In this document: piece after piece, positions 22,896 through 36,099 of the stretch
Position numbering within the stretch: position 1 is the stretch's first letter
How the letters are laid out: the number at the start of each line of letters is the position of its first letter
Origin: Macrostomum lignano
Lineage: Eukaryota
Length of the DNA: 64,000 nucleotides
Reading direction: 5' to 3'
Assembly: GCA_002269645.1 (NCBI GenBank)
Contig: NIVC01002990.1
Location: forward strand, 62,001 to 126,000
Notes under the pieces: model-generated
Database searches by the model: none
What the model was told of the DNA's origin: nothing
What the model saw: only the letters and a program-made list of their open reading frames with translations
Made by a program: the position numbers and the translations under genes

Positions 22896-25800
22896 TTAGC
22901 GCTGCTCCCGCACTAGCAGCAGGCCGCGATCGTGCAGTCCGGCGGCCAGGGCCACCCGGTCCTCCGGGTCCGCGATTGGCAGCTCGGCGACAGTCAGGAA
23001 GGTTGGATAGGCGGCGGCGAGGGCGGCGACACCGGGCGCCAGAGCCGGCTCAACGTCCAGGTAAGCTGGCTCAGCTTCGCGGAACACGCGCGTATTGCCC
23101 AGACTGCTGTGCAGGCGGCCGTCGCCAGTCAGGCGGGCGGCGCTGCGTCTGACCAGGCGGATCCGCGATTTCAGCGTCACGGCCGGCGGCGCGGCGGTCA
23201 GGCGGCCGCGCCGAGCGTCCCAGACGGGCCCGGCGCCGAACGCGCTGCACGAGGCCTCGCTGGGGTCCAAGGCTGGCGGCAGGGCGTCGCGAACCTTGAT
23301 AAAGGGCGTCGTGAATTAACAACTTCGGACATCCTGGAGCAACGCTTTTGGCGACATGCAATACTGTAATGCAATTCTGCACATTCTGCTGACTTCTGAG
23401 CAATACTGTAGGCAGGCACGGACTCATGCACATGCTCACACGGGGTGTACAGCGGTCCTGACCATAACATGCGCAACACCTGGCCGGCTGGCGGAAGGCC
23501 CAGCCAACCCGAAAATAAACGTACTACTAATTACATGACGAGGCATTTAGCCTTAATAATACAGTTATAGTTACTCCTGCCGTTTACCCAAAATTAGGTT
23601 AGTTTTGTAGGGTTTCTTTTACAGGTAAGTCGCACACGGCTAGTGTAAATCACGGGGTTGCACACTTATGGTCCTTACTTTCAAATTGTCAGGCATATAT
23701 ACACTTTCTATGCCTTGAGGGTTGGCCCTCATCTAGTAAATCCGAACTGATGCAAATAATCCAGCGTCTGTCGCATGAGAACAAATTAACTACATGAAAT
23801 CCGCGGTACATTAACTGCGGCGTCAATTTAAATGAAAATGATTAAAAAACGGGTGAATCTGTAAATCTCTCTCTAGTTTTGACGTTCAAAAGACACTTAA
23901 TCAATTATAGAAGTAAAACGCCCAATATTCCCTTGCGCTGAGCATTAAAGTTGAAAGCTAAAAATACGGTAGAGTCAAACTGATTGGATTAGCAACAGAT
24001 AAGGCAAAGATAAAATGCCTTTTGAGTTGCAGCCATGCATGCAATGAATGTTTAAAACAGTGAAGGAAATGGATTTCCATTTCATTAAAGGAATATTAAA
24101 ATAACAGATTTTTTGGGAAAACAAAGGCAGCAAACGAGTTGTTAGAATACAGTAACGAGGGATACGAGAAGCTGAACCGAAATTGACACAAGGTAAGAGG
24201 ATTAGGAGAATTGGAAAAGAAAAACGTTCAAATAGGATTTTAGGAAACTGAAAGGATGATAGGGTGGGAGGGCGGAGAGGATGTAGGGAGAGTGAAGAGG
24301 ATGTAGGGAGAGCGGAGAGGATGTAGGGAGAGCAGAGAGGATGTAGGGAGAGCGGAGAGGATGTAGGGAGAGCGGAGAGGATGTAGGGAGAGCGGAGAGG
24401 ATGTAGGGAGAGCGGAGAGGATGTAGGGAGAGCGGAGAGGATGTAGGGAGAGCGGAGAGGATGTAGGGAGAGCGGAGAGGATGTAGGGAGAGCGGAGAGG
24501 ATGTAGGGAGAGCGGAGAGGATGTAGGGAGAGCGGAGAGGATGTAGGGAGAGTGGAGAGGATGTAGGGAGAGCGGAGAGGATGTAGGGAGAGTGGAAAGG
24601 ATGTAGGGAGAGCGGAGTGGATGTAGGGAGAGTGGAAAGGATGTAGGGAGAGTGGAGAGGATGTAGGGAGAGTGGAGAGGATGTTGAGAGAGCAACACCA
24701 CAGGAGTAGCAGCTCGTGTATATGTAGCTTGATAACCAGCCCCTCAAGGACATCACAAAGACCCCGAGCTCACTAACCTGTCCACATGCAATCCTGTCCG
24801 CTGCCTCATCCAGGCTGATATGACCGGACAGTCTGGCCAGCAGTGACCGGCAAAATTCTTCGGCTTCGCGTCGCCGATTCGCCCAATCGTCGCGGCTAGC
24901 GGCGGTCAGGGACCCAAAGGCGGAGCCGGCAAAGCCCAGAAGTCCAAGCGGCAGGCCGCGCCTGAACTCCTCGTCCTGGGTGGTTGCCCGCTCCAAAGCG
25001 CCGGAGATGGCCTCAGCGAGTAGATCTGTCCAGGCAAATTTCTGGTAGGTGGACACGGTGATATGCAGCGAGTGCCAGCCATCCAGACAGCGGCCCTGGT
25101 GAATGAAGCCGCGGGGCATGTAAAGCAGGTCGCCAGGCTCCAGGACGGCGTCAATCACGGGCTGGCCCAGCCGGTCCTTCGGCCCAAAGTTTCCTGGTAG
25201 ACAGCGCAAGGAGGAAACAATTTGTGGATTTAAAATTGTGTCAGTGGCAAAGTAGAGCTGAGCACAGGTAAGATGAAAGATACCGGAAGAAATCAAAACT
25301 GGAGAGATTGACGCACAAGAGAGTAAGAAACAAAGCATAAGGGAATAGAGGGGGAAGAGAGATATGGGTAAGGGAAGAGAGAGACGGGGAAAGGGAAGAG
25401 AGATATGGGTAAGGGAAGAGAGAGACGGAGAAAGGGAAGAGAGAGACGGGGAAAGGGAAGAGAGACGGGGAAAGGGAAGAGACGGGGAAAGGGAAGAGAG
25501 ACGGGGAAAGGGAAGAGAGAGACGGAGAAAGGGAAGAGAGAGACGGGGAAAGGGAAGAGAGAGACGAGGAAAGGGAAGAGAGACGGGGAAAGAGAAGAGA
25601 GACGGGGAAAGAGATGAGAGACGGGGAAAGGGAAGAGACACCGGGAAAGAGAAGAGAGGCCTGTAACTCAAGAGCCCTGTATGGTTTAGCAAAAAAGTAC
25701 ATAAAAGTACCGCTAGACTCCCGCGGCAGCCGCTCGTTTGGCGACCTGGGCGCGTACACTCGCCAGTGCTTGCGCCCTTCGAGCTGCATAACGAAGGCTT

Positions 25801-28800
25801 CAATGTCGTCCCAATGCGGCGCGAACCCCTGCGTACCGGGCGGAGTCAGGTAGACATTGGCGCCAACAAAAGATCCGAACAGTTCGTGCAGAATGCTCAG
25901 CTTTTGATAAACGCGATCGTGAAACACCTGCGGACAGAGGAGGCGCAGCGAACAGCCCGACTGGTAGAACTGCCAGGTCTGGCTGGCCAGTGCGCGGCCC
26001 TCCGGGTTGTGCGTCTCGCGCTTGCCTGTGGCGCCGTGCGGGGCGGAGTAGTGGCTTTGATTGGCTTGATTTTATTTGAGTGTGGCGTGATGGCCCAGAG
26101 CTGAGGATCTGGGAGGCTGGCCCAGCAACTGACACTCTGGGAGGCTGGCTTAGCAACTGAGGATCTGGAAGCTGGCCCAGCAACTGAGGATCTGGTAGAC
26201 TGGCCCAGCAACTGAGGAACTGGGAGGCTGGCCCAGCAACTGAGGAACTGGGAGGCTGGCCCAGCAACTGAGGATCTGGAAGGTTGGCCCAGCAGCTGAG
26301 GATCTGGGAGGCTGGCCCAGCAACTGAGGATCTGGAAGGTTGGCCCAGCAACTGAGGAACTAGGAGGCTGGCCCAGCCCAGCAACTGAGGAACTGGGAGG
26401 CTGGCCCAGCCCAGCAACTGAGGATCTGGAAGGTTGGCCCAGCAACTGAGGAACTGGGAGGCTGGCCCAGCAACTGAGGATCTGGAAGGTTGGCCCAGCA
26501 ACTGAGGAACTGGGAGGCTGGCTTAGCAACTGAGGATCTGGGAAGCTGGCCCAGCAGCTGAGGATCTGGGAGGTTGGCCCAGCAGCTGAGGATCTGGGAG
26601 GTTGGCCCAGCAGCTGAGGATCTGGGAGGTTGGCCCAGCAACTGAGGATCTGGGAGGTTGGCAGTGCAGGCCTTGCAACTAAGGATCTGAGAGACTGTCA
26701 GTAGCTCAACAACTGAGGATCTGGGAGGCTGGCGATGGCCCAGCAACTGAGGATCTGAGAGACTGTCAGTAGCTCAACAACTGAGGATCTGGGAGGCTGG
26801 CGATGGCCCAGCAACTGAGGATCTGAGAGACTGTCAGTAGCTCAACAACTGAGGATCTGGGACGTTTCGGTGGCGTTCGAAAATGAAGGTTGTGATAAGT
26901 CTTAAGTTCACTATGCATGGATCAGTTTGGTTGGCAGTGGAGATTACTAATGCTGCTAACGATATCAGAGTAGTTCGGCGAGTGGCGGTAAAGAATCCGG
27001 GGATCAGAAGCAGTCTATTTAATTAGTCTAGAATTAGAATAGAGTCTATAAACGATTTTTGAACTGCATCAAATCCCAGTCTCATTATTGAATTAATTGG
27101 GGCATTTAAAATATCTAGAAATCTATAAATAATCGGCGCTGGATACTCAATTTTGCTAATAATAAGCCACCCCCTGCCACCAGCAGAAATACATCAGACT
27201 ATTTAAGGCAAACCAAAATAATAAAACACGGTAAACAAAGAACCACTGACTTGAAACGGGAAATTTTGGAAAACAGCTCGAAAGAGATTTTCGAAGGGTT
27301 TAACGAAACCTGAGAAGGTTTGGTAAAAACACACAAAGGGCCTGTTGCACTGCGAAAATCTTCGGGCTTATAGGATAACAGGAAAATTGTTTGTAGGTCT
27401 GGTCTGAGGAAATAAAACACTAAGAACTGACTTAGAATCGAAATCTGGGAATCGGTCAAGCCCTTAGCCATAACAATTACACACCGCGCTTCCATTGGTG
27501 CTTCTTGCATTGGGGTCTTTATCTTCTTGCTTAATGAAGCGTTGCTCTTCCGTGTGATAGCACTGCTATATTCCTCTCTGATAGCACTGCTATTCCCCTG
27601 TGATAGCACTGCTATTCCCCTGTGATAACACTGCTATTCCCCTGTGATAGCACTGCTATATTCCTCTCTGATAGCACTGCTATTTCCCTGTGATAGCACT
27701 GATATTCCCCTGTGATAGCACTGCTATTCCCCCGTGATAGCACTGGCTATTCCCTGTGATATAGCACTGCTATTCCCCTGTGATAGCACTGCTATTCCGG
27801 TGTGATAGCACTGATATTCCCCTGTGATAACACTGCTATTTCCCCGTCATAGCACTGGCTATTCCCTGTGATATAGCACTGATATTCCCCTGTGATAGCA
27901 CTGCTATTCCCCTGTGATAACACTGCTATTCCCCTGTGATAGCACTGCTATTCCCCTGTGATAGCACTGCTATTCTCCTGTGATAACACTGCTATTCCCC
28001 TGTGATAGCACTGCTATATTCCTCTCTGATAGCACTGCTATTCCCCTGTGATAGCACTGATATTCCCCTGTGATAGCACTGCTATTCCCCTGTCATAGCA
28101 CTGGCTATTCCCCTGTGATAGCACTGCCATTCCCCTGTCATAGCACTGGCTATTCCCCTGTGATAGCACTGCTATTCCCCCGTGATAACACTGCTATTCC
28201 CCTGTGATGACACTGCTATTCCCCTGTGATAGCACTGCTATATTCCTCTCTGATAGCACTGCTATTCCCCTGTGATAGCACTGCTATTCCCCTGTGATAG
28301 CACTGCTATATTCCTCTCTGATAGCACTGCTATTCCCCTGTGATAGCACTGCTATTCCCCTGTGATAGCACTGCTATTCCCCTGTGATAACACTGCTATT
28401 CCCCTGTGATAGCACTGCTATTCCCCTGTGATAACACTGCTATTCCCCTGTGATAGCACTGCTATATTCCTCTCTGATAGCACTGCTATTCCCCTGTGAT
28501 AGCACTGATATTCCCCTGTGATAGCACTGCTATTCCCCTGTCATAGCACTGGCTATTCCCCTGTGATAGCACTGCCATTCCCCTGTCATAGCACTGGCTA
28601 TTCCCCTGTGATAGCACTGCTATTCCCCCGTGATAACACTGCTATTCCCCTGTGATAACACTGCTATTCCCCTGTGATAGCACTGCTATATTCCTCTCTG
28701 ATAGCACTGCTATTTCCCTGTGATAGCACTGCTATTCCCCTGTGATAGCACTGCTATATTCCTCTCTGATAGCACTGCTATTCCCCTGTGATAGCACTGC

Positions 28801-30707
28801 TATTCCCCTGTGATAACACTGCTATTTCCCTGTGATAGCACTGCTATATTCCTCTCTGATAGCACTGCTATTCCCCTGTGATAGCACTGCTATTCCCCTG
28901 TGATAACACTGCTATTCCCCTGTGATAGCACTGCTATATTCCTCTCTGATAGCACTGCTATTCCCCTGTGATAGCACTGCTATTCCCCTGTGATAGCACT
29001 GCTATTCCCCTGTGATAACACTGCTATTCCCCTGTGATAGCACTGCTATATTCCTCTCTGATAGCACTGCTATTTCCCTGTGATAGCACTGCTATTCCCC
29101 TGTGATAACACTGCTATTCCCCTGTCATAGAACTGCTATTCCCCTGTGATAGCACTGCTATTCCCCCGTGATAGCACTGGCTATTCCCTGTGATATAGCA
29201 CTGCTATTCCCCTGTGATAGCACTGCTATTCCCCTGTGATAGCACTGATATTCCCCTGTGATAACACTGCTATTTCCCCGTCATAGCACTGGCTATTCCC
29301 TGTGATATAGCACTGCTATTCCCCTGTGATAGCACTGCTATTCCCCTGTGATAGCACTGATATTCCCCTGTGATAACACTGCTATTTCCCTGTCATAGCA
29401 CTGCTATTCCCCTGTGATAACACTGCTATTTCCCTGTCATAGCACTGGCTATTCCCCTGTGATAGCACTGCTATTCCCCCGTGATAGCACTGGCTATTCC
29501 CTGTGATATAGCACTGCTATTCCCCTGTGATAGCACTGCTATTCCCCTGTGATAGCACTGCTATTCCCCTGTGATAACACTGCTATTTCCCTGTCATAGC
29601 ACTGATATTCCCCTGTGATAACACTGCTATTTCCCTGTCATAGCACTGGCTATTCCCCTGTGATAGCTGATAGCACTGCTATTCCTCCGTGATAGCACTG
29701 GCTATTCCCCTATGATAGCACTGCTATTCCTCCGTGATAGCACTGGCTATTCCCCTGTGATAGCACTGCTATTCCCCTGTGATAACACTGCTATTCCCCT
29801 GTGATAGCACTGCTATTCCCCTGTGATAGCACTGCTATTCCCCTGTGATAACACTGCTATTCCCCTGTGATAGCACTGGCTATTCCCCTGTGATAGCACT
29901 GCTATTCCCCTGTGATAGCACTGCTATTCCCCCGTGATAGCACTGGCTATTCCCCTGTGATAGCACTGCTATTCCTCTGTGATTTCCCTAATCTTCCCCT
30001 TCCAATCGTACCATCTCTATAGCTGGTAACGTCCAGATGTTCGCCAAACATAACCCGATGATTGCGCAGCATTGAGTCGAAATCGGCCGTACTAAACCAG
30101 TCGTCATAGTGACTGGGAGAATTGCGCTTCACTAACAGCGGCTTGCGCTCCCAATAGGTGCCAAAGAACTGCTCAGTACTAATTGGAGCGATGATCTCTT
30201 TGAAGACCTCAGTGGCTTCGACAATCGGATCGATCACAGAGTCATCCTCAGTGTCGGAGTTGCTTCCAATTTCAGCGGATGAGTCACTGCCAATTGGCAT
30301 CGCTGAGGCTACTGAGCCGGCCTGCTTTGGTTGGCAAGACTCCGAATGTTTGTTTCTTTTTTCCGCTTCTTTTTCTTGCCAGACAAGGCAGCCCCATTAG
30401 AAGCTACTTGATGCTGTTGTGGCTTCAACTTCATACTACTAGAAGTAGTGCTAGTAGTACTCGGAGATTTGGAAAATGCCTTCTCTACTTTTGCAGAGAC
30501 GGACTGTTCCTGCAGTTTTGCTTTCTTTTTCTTACTACTGCCAGTAGCAGCATTGGCACTGTTTTCTGTGCTATTATTAGAATGCTGCCGTTTTTTCTCG
30601 CGATTGACTTGTTGATCCTGCAGTTGGGTTGCCGGTGGCTGCTGCTTTAAGCGCTGATAGGCAGCATAGGCTGAGACCTGCTGTTTGCCTAATTTCAAGT
30701 CTGCCAT
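22896..30707 (-). CDS. RIOX1: Ribosomal oxygenase 1 / NO66 (JmjC histidyl hydroxylase); exons 30707-30012, 26025-25711, 25193-24778, 23294-22896; ~608 aa with one base restored at 30357-30362
   Basis: [59 protein letters not shown] (HxD), [17 protein letters not shown] (distal His), [15 protein letters not shown] and the C-terminal LHDRGLL match the NO66 family. All junctions are GT-AG and in phase. Confidence 0.93.
24268..24685. repeat. 20-bp purine-rich minisatellite (GAGAGGATGTAGGGAGAGCG), ~21 units, RIOX1 intron 3
   Basis: Direct tandem array. Confidence 0.95.
25352..25655. repeat. Nearly all-purine 18-22-bp repeat (GGGGAAAGGGAAGAGAGAC), RIOX1 intron 2
   Basis: Direct tandem array. Confidence 0.92.
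26089..26862. repeat. 28-bp minisatellite (GGCTGGCCCAGCAACTGAGGATCTGGGA) grading into a 68-bp dimeric unit, RIOX1 intron 1
   Basis: Direct tandem array. Confidence 0.93.
27552..29980. repeat. 22-bp minisatellite (GATAGCACTGCTATTCCCCTGT), ~110 units, RIOX1 intron 1
   Basis: Direct tandem array. Each unit contains the inverted repeat ATAGCA-C-TGCTAT. Confidence 0.97.
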
Positions 30708-30753
30708 ATCTTTCTCTATTAGTATTGTGCTGGCAGAAATGAGAAGCAAAACA

Positions 30754-31486
30754 TTGCTGAGATGTCAAGGCTCACGGGTGGAATTGCTGAGATGTCAAGG
30801 CTCATGGGGGAATTGCTGGGATGTTAAGACTCACGGGTGAAATTGCTGAGATGTCAAGGCTCACAGGTGGAATTGCTGAGATGTCAAGGCTCATGGGGGG
30901 AATTGCTGAGATCTCAAGGCTCATGGGGGAATCGCTGAGATGTCAAGACTCACGGGTGGAATCGCTGAGATTTCAAGGCTCATGGTGGAATCGCTGAGAT
31001 CTCAAGGCTCATGGTGGAATCGCTGAGATCTCAAGGCTCATGGGGGAATCGCTGAGATGTCAAGACTCACGGGTGGAATCGCTGAGATTTCAAGGCTCAT
31101 GGTGGAATCGCTGAGATCTCAAGGCTCATGGTGGAATCGCTGAGATCTCAAGGCTCACGGGTGGAATCGCTGAGATCTCAAGGCTCATGGTGGAATCGCT
31201 GAGATTTCAAGGCTCACGGGTGGAATCGCTGAGATCTCAAGGCTCATGGTGGAATCGCTGAGATTTCAAGGCTCATGGTGGAATCGCTGAGATCTCAAGG
31301 CTCATGGTGGAATCGCTGAGATCTCAAGGCTCATGGTGGAATCGCTGAGATTTCAAGGCTCACGGGTGGAATCGCTGAGATCTCAAGGCTCATGGTGGAA
31401 TCGCTGAGATTTCAAGGCTCATGGTGGAATCGCTGAGATCTCAAGGCTCATGGTGGAATCGCTGAGATCTCAAGGCTCATGGGGGA
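30754..31486. repeat. 29-bp minisatellite (GAATCGCTGAGATCTCAAGGCTCATGGTG), ~25 units, just upstream of the RIOX1 ATG
   Basis: Direct tandem array. Many units carry the palindrome TGAGATCTCA. Confidence 0.96.
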
Positions 31487-34400
31487 ACGATATAGTAATA
31501 CAGTATACAATATCTTTTAGTATTATTTATATAAGTTCAATTACCCAACAGAACTCTGAGCAAATTGTCTCAAAGCTGCTCTATAATAAAAATAAATAGG
31601 CAGTTAAAAATAGTGTATATTTCAAACATTCAATTTGCCTAATATGAGTAATATTTAATAAGACTAATGTTGATGTCTACACTTAATTCAAAATTGCCTT
31701 GCACATCTTGTGTCATCTACAAGCTATAGAATTGTATTTGCAATAACAACCCTGACAATGCCAATAAGCCCAGAGCATAGCAAACGGTCTTCTATCCCAT
31801 TGCCATACAATTTTTATAGCATTTCTTTAAATTGCCCAAGGCACATGGTAAATAGAAGAAGTGGTGTAAAGACCTGAAGGCCAAAACATCGAAAATGCTC
31901 ATTCAAGATACACAAATAAGAAGGGATTCACAGCTTGACATGCTGGTGTCTTTTCAGGCCCAGATAATTAGAGACCTTTTAATTTGTCCCTACATTTGTC
32001 TATTTTAAGTAGTATTAAAGATAACCCAATAACACTAGAAGCTATCTTTAAATAAATAGAGAATTTGGAGTGACTTGTTAATATCAACTTCAAAATCTAT
32101 TCATTAGGTGCAACTTGTTTAATTGTATAGCACCCAGCATAAATTGGCTGCCACATTGACCAATTCCAAGTGGAATCTTATTAGTTTACTAATTTTCCTG
32201 TTGCAACCAATTCAAGATCTAGGACTTTGGCTCTCTGAGGGACTAGTGAGCATTATTTTACCCAAGGTAAATATACAAATTAAATGTTCTATTGCATTAT
32301 TGAATTACTAGGATGTGAATGATATGTATTTACATACATGTTTTGTAAATACTTTATATATAGTATTGGACATACACTGTATAATTATATTAATATATTG
32401 TACCTATTGTACATGTGTGTACAGTGTATTCAAGTAGGCACATAGGAAATATGTATAACATTTTCTACTTTGAAAATTCACAGATTTGTAGACTCTGTAA
32501 ATTTCTTAAGGCAGCAACTAACCCACTCTCTGAGCTTTCTGAGTCTATCCAAAGTTGCTTTGCTATTGTTCTAAGCATAGAAAACAAGGGTTTTATTATT
32601 TTAACAATGTTAGATCTCTACTATTGCAATCTTGGATTTCAATGTGACCCTAATGGCATTGCTTGGGCTTGATATAGTGCTCCAGGTGACAATTGCTATG
32701 AGTAGTAGCAAAATAGACAACCTAGATAACAGTAACAAGACTATTACAACTAGTGCTCTAAGCAGCTCCATGATTACTGCCATAGAAAAGCATAGCGTAT
32801 ATAATCTTGAGGATCGCAATGATTAGTCTTTTAGAGCAGTTGGCATGCATAGCTTACCATGGCCAAATTTGATTTAGATGCCATAGCTCTTTGTAGCTGA
32901 CAAATTTAGTTGCTATATCCTAGAAGTTCTATTGGTCTAACCTAGGGACACTAAGACTTAGATAGCAAATACTCTATACTGGTAGTCAGTGAACAAATTA
33001 AATACCTATAGCTAGCCATTTAGCTTTAAAGACTAAAGGCCTCATTGTCATAGAGAAATGCAATAGGTTGTTAACTAAGACAGCTTAGCCTTAAATGCTT
33101 CTTTTCATAGATTTTAACTTGAATGTTTAATAGCAAAAACATTGATTATATTAACATTGACACTAAAGTTATTAGTGTAACCTAAATGATTTAATATTTT
33201 TGAACATTATTTTTTTGCTAAAAATTAATTGGATGCCATTTTAATATTCTGCTTATTCATTGTTGCTACTTCACACAAAACTTTTCATAGAAAGAGTTTC
33301 TTTGTAAAACCATTATAATTTTTATTTATACTTCAATATAGGCCTAGCTAAATAACAAGTCAAAACTGTTTAGGTTATACTCTTTAAAACCTTGATCAAT
33401 ATAAATTTATGCTATATATACATATATTACATAGTCATGATCATGGCATGCTTGCAATGGAACAATCAAATAAGTTTCCTTGTGCCATGTGCCGATACTT
33501 AAAAATACAAAAAAACAAAAATCAGTACTTTTGTTTAAAAAATATCAATAAAACTTATATTTAAATCTGCTTCATAGAAAATACAATGCATTTCAATGTA
33601 TCTTAATTTAACATATTTTTATTTATTTTACATATTGAGTTAACATATTGTGGTAGGCCGGTCTACCACTGGGGCTCCTGCAACAGTTGGCAATGCGTGA
33701 AGCGCCTCCACCTGGTGGGACAATATTTGATGTCATTTCTGCTCTCCCGGATGAACTGTGCGCTTTCCCCTCGTTGCCCCCACCTTTTGTCCAATTGTTG
33801 CCCCTTCCCTTGGTCCTGCTTTGTTTTGCTGTGTTCCTCCCGGGGTTTGTCCCCTTTTTCCCACCAGTGTTCCCCTTGGTGTTCCCCTAATTGGATCCAT
33901 GTAAGAATTTTGTATAAAAATCATTATGTTTACTTCTTCTTCTTCTGCCCTCCCTTCAACTACTGTTTTTCCTGCTCTTGCCTCTGTTTAGTTAAGTTGT
34001 GAATTTGTAGTTAACCGCCTGTTTGGCACTGTCTCGTAATCATCCGTCAAATTTAATAGGGTGCGACATTCATTTTATTGCCTAAATCCATTCATTAGTC
34101 AACTAACTCGTCAATTGCTTATTAACCTCGTGGAAAAAATAATTTTCTATATCATTGACTACAATAGTAATTGCTAATGATTGCTAATAGTAACAAACAA
34201 TAATACTAAGTTTTATATTAATATTTATCCAGTTGGTCTTAATTGAAGCCTCTAGTTTATATTGAGTTCTTTGCCCACGGGGCATAAAATAACCAATCAG
34301 TCTCAACTCAAAGAAAGCTCTGAGACCCTCAACGTTCCGTAAAATGACATTTATGGTAGTGGCAGCACTACTTTACTACTGAAAGTAACACAACTAGCAA

Positions 34401-34747
34401 TCTTGACGAATTAAAAGTTTACGGTGTCTGAGGACCCATTTTGAACGACCCGGGCCACTACAAGACCGCTCGACTACGATTACAACTACCCTCCCCCTGG
34501 AATTGAGGACCCTGGCAGACGGAGTATCCAAGGAGAAGACTCAACGCAGCAATTTGTGCAATTTTCCATCTTTACGCATGCCGAGACAATGCCGGCGGAA
34601 ATTCAAACGTAGAATCCGCCCCACCTCACTGGTGTCGACCAACAATTCAAAAAACCTAAATCTTCTCCACCCCCACCTCATTGGTGTCAGCCAAGTGGGA
34701 TAACGAAACAAAAAAATCATTTCAATGAGTCGTTTAAAATTAACGTC

Positions 34748-35722
34748 ATGGCTTTGACAACTAACTCAAAGGCTGCGGATGCGACAACCGACACCGCGGG
34801 CCCCGACAACTCAACTACTAGGCCGACCTACAACGAGATGATTCGAGCAGTGACTGAGGAGGTGAGGCGGCGACTGGAGCAGGCCAACTTGGGACAGCCG
34901 CAGCACCATCACCACGTGTATCAGCTGCCCCAACAGCCTGACCGAGCTCCAGCGCCGAAACCGGTCAAGATTCAGCGGTACACTCCAAACTAGGACTTTG
35001 ACGTCTGGATCCAGGCCCTCGAGGAGCATTGCAAACTCAACGGGATCGTGGACGACAGACGTAAGAAGGCGGAAGTCTTAGTGAATTTGGATATCGCCAC
35101 CACCTATCCTGCAGTCGTCAGGATGGAACTGCCAGACAATCTGACGTTTGGCGAATTCAAGCAGAGATTGTCCAAGCGCTTCACGCACGTGGCCGACACG
35201 CTGGAGTACCGTGAGCAATTCCGGTGCTGCCAGCAAGGCAAGAATGAGAGTGTGGATGACTACAGCGATCGATTAATTGCTCTGGCCGATAGAGCATTCC
35301 CGCACTTCACCCCGGTTCAGAAACAGGCCGAGCTAGTGGACCAGTTCACCGTGGGAGTGCGAATTGCCCAGTCAGCCAGAGAACAGCTAATCCTGGTGCG
35401 ACCGCAAAATCTAACCACAGCAAGAAGGGCTGTGCTATGCCTAGAGACAGCAGCTAGCCTGGCTCAGCGAGTAGCACCACTACCAGCAGCGAGACATGTC
35501 TGGGTTCTCGAGGATGACGATGGTCAGTCACCAACTGGAGTGCAACACAAGTCATCTCGGCCCGAGGAGAATTGGTTGCATGAAGTGATGGAACAGCAAA
35601 CTGAGACACTGCAAGAGCAGCGACGTCTACTAGAAGCTTTGAGCAATGAGCTGCGAGAGTTCCACTCACTGGGATCGCGCAATAACAACACCCAGGAGCA
35701 TTGGGAATCTGCTTGCCACTAG
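34748..35722 (+). pseudogene. Gypsy gag with an in-frame TAG at 34991-34993
   Basis: ORFs 34748-34993 and 35048-35722 share a frame (…RYTPN*DFDVWIQALEEH…). Gag-like segments QGKNESVDDYSDRLIALA and ELVDQFTVG. Confidence 0.75.
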
Positions 35723-36099
35723 CTGCAGGACTCTTGGGGCCAACACAACAGATGTTTGGTGCCCTCGACTCCTCGCCGCAATGCCGACGAGAGCGCCCAA
35801 TTCAAGACACCCGGCACACGGATTGTGCAGCATGAGCAGTTCCATTGACTTCAGCAACCACAAGATGGCAGCAACCCGCCGCCAAGGACGCCGCCAGCAG
35901 GAGGTCAACGTCAATAGCAGCAGCAGCAGCAGCAGCAACAGCGACAGCCGAGTTCAAGGCCGCTGCCTTATCAGCTGCGGTGACAAAGTGCAATGTGTTA
36001 CAGGTGTAACCGCGAGCACCGCGCTGACGAGTGACCGCAATGGCAGTCGGCTAGCACCGCTTCCCAGCGCAACGGCAGCTCGGGAAATGGGATAGCTGG

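Noticed and set aside
24202-26746. Long ORFs 24202-25803, 25241-25927, 25800-26501 and similar as single proteins
   Set aside because: They are chimeras of RIOX1 exons and intronic repeats; splice sites explain the real coding parts.
1-31486. Regular short repeat arrays as CRISPR arrays
   Set aside because: Units are head-to-tail with no unique spacers, there are no cas genes, and the context is eukaryotic and intron-rich.
32123-32311. DLGLWLSEGL as a LINE RT remnant
   Set aside because: A single short motif with no other RT motifs nearby.
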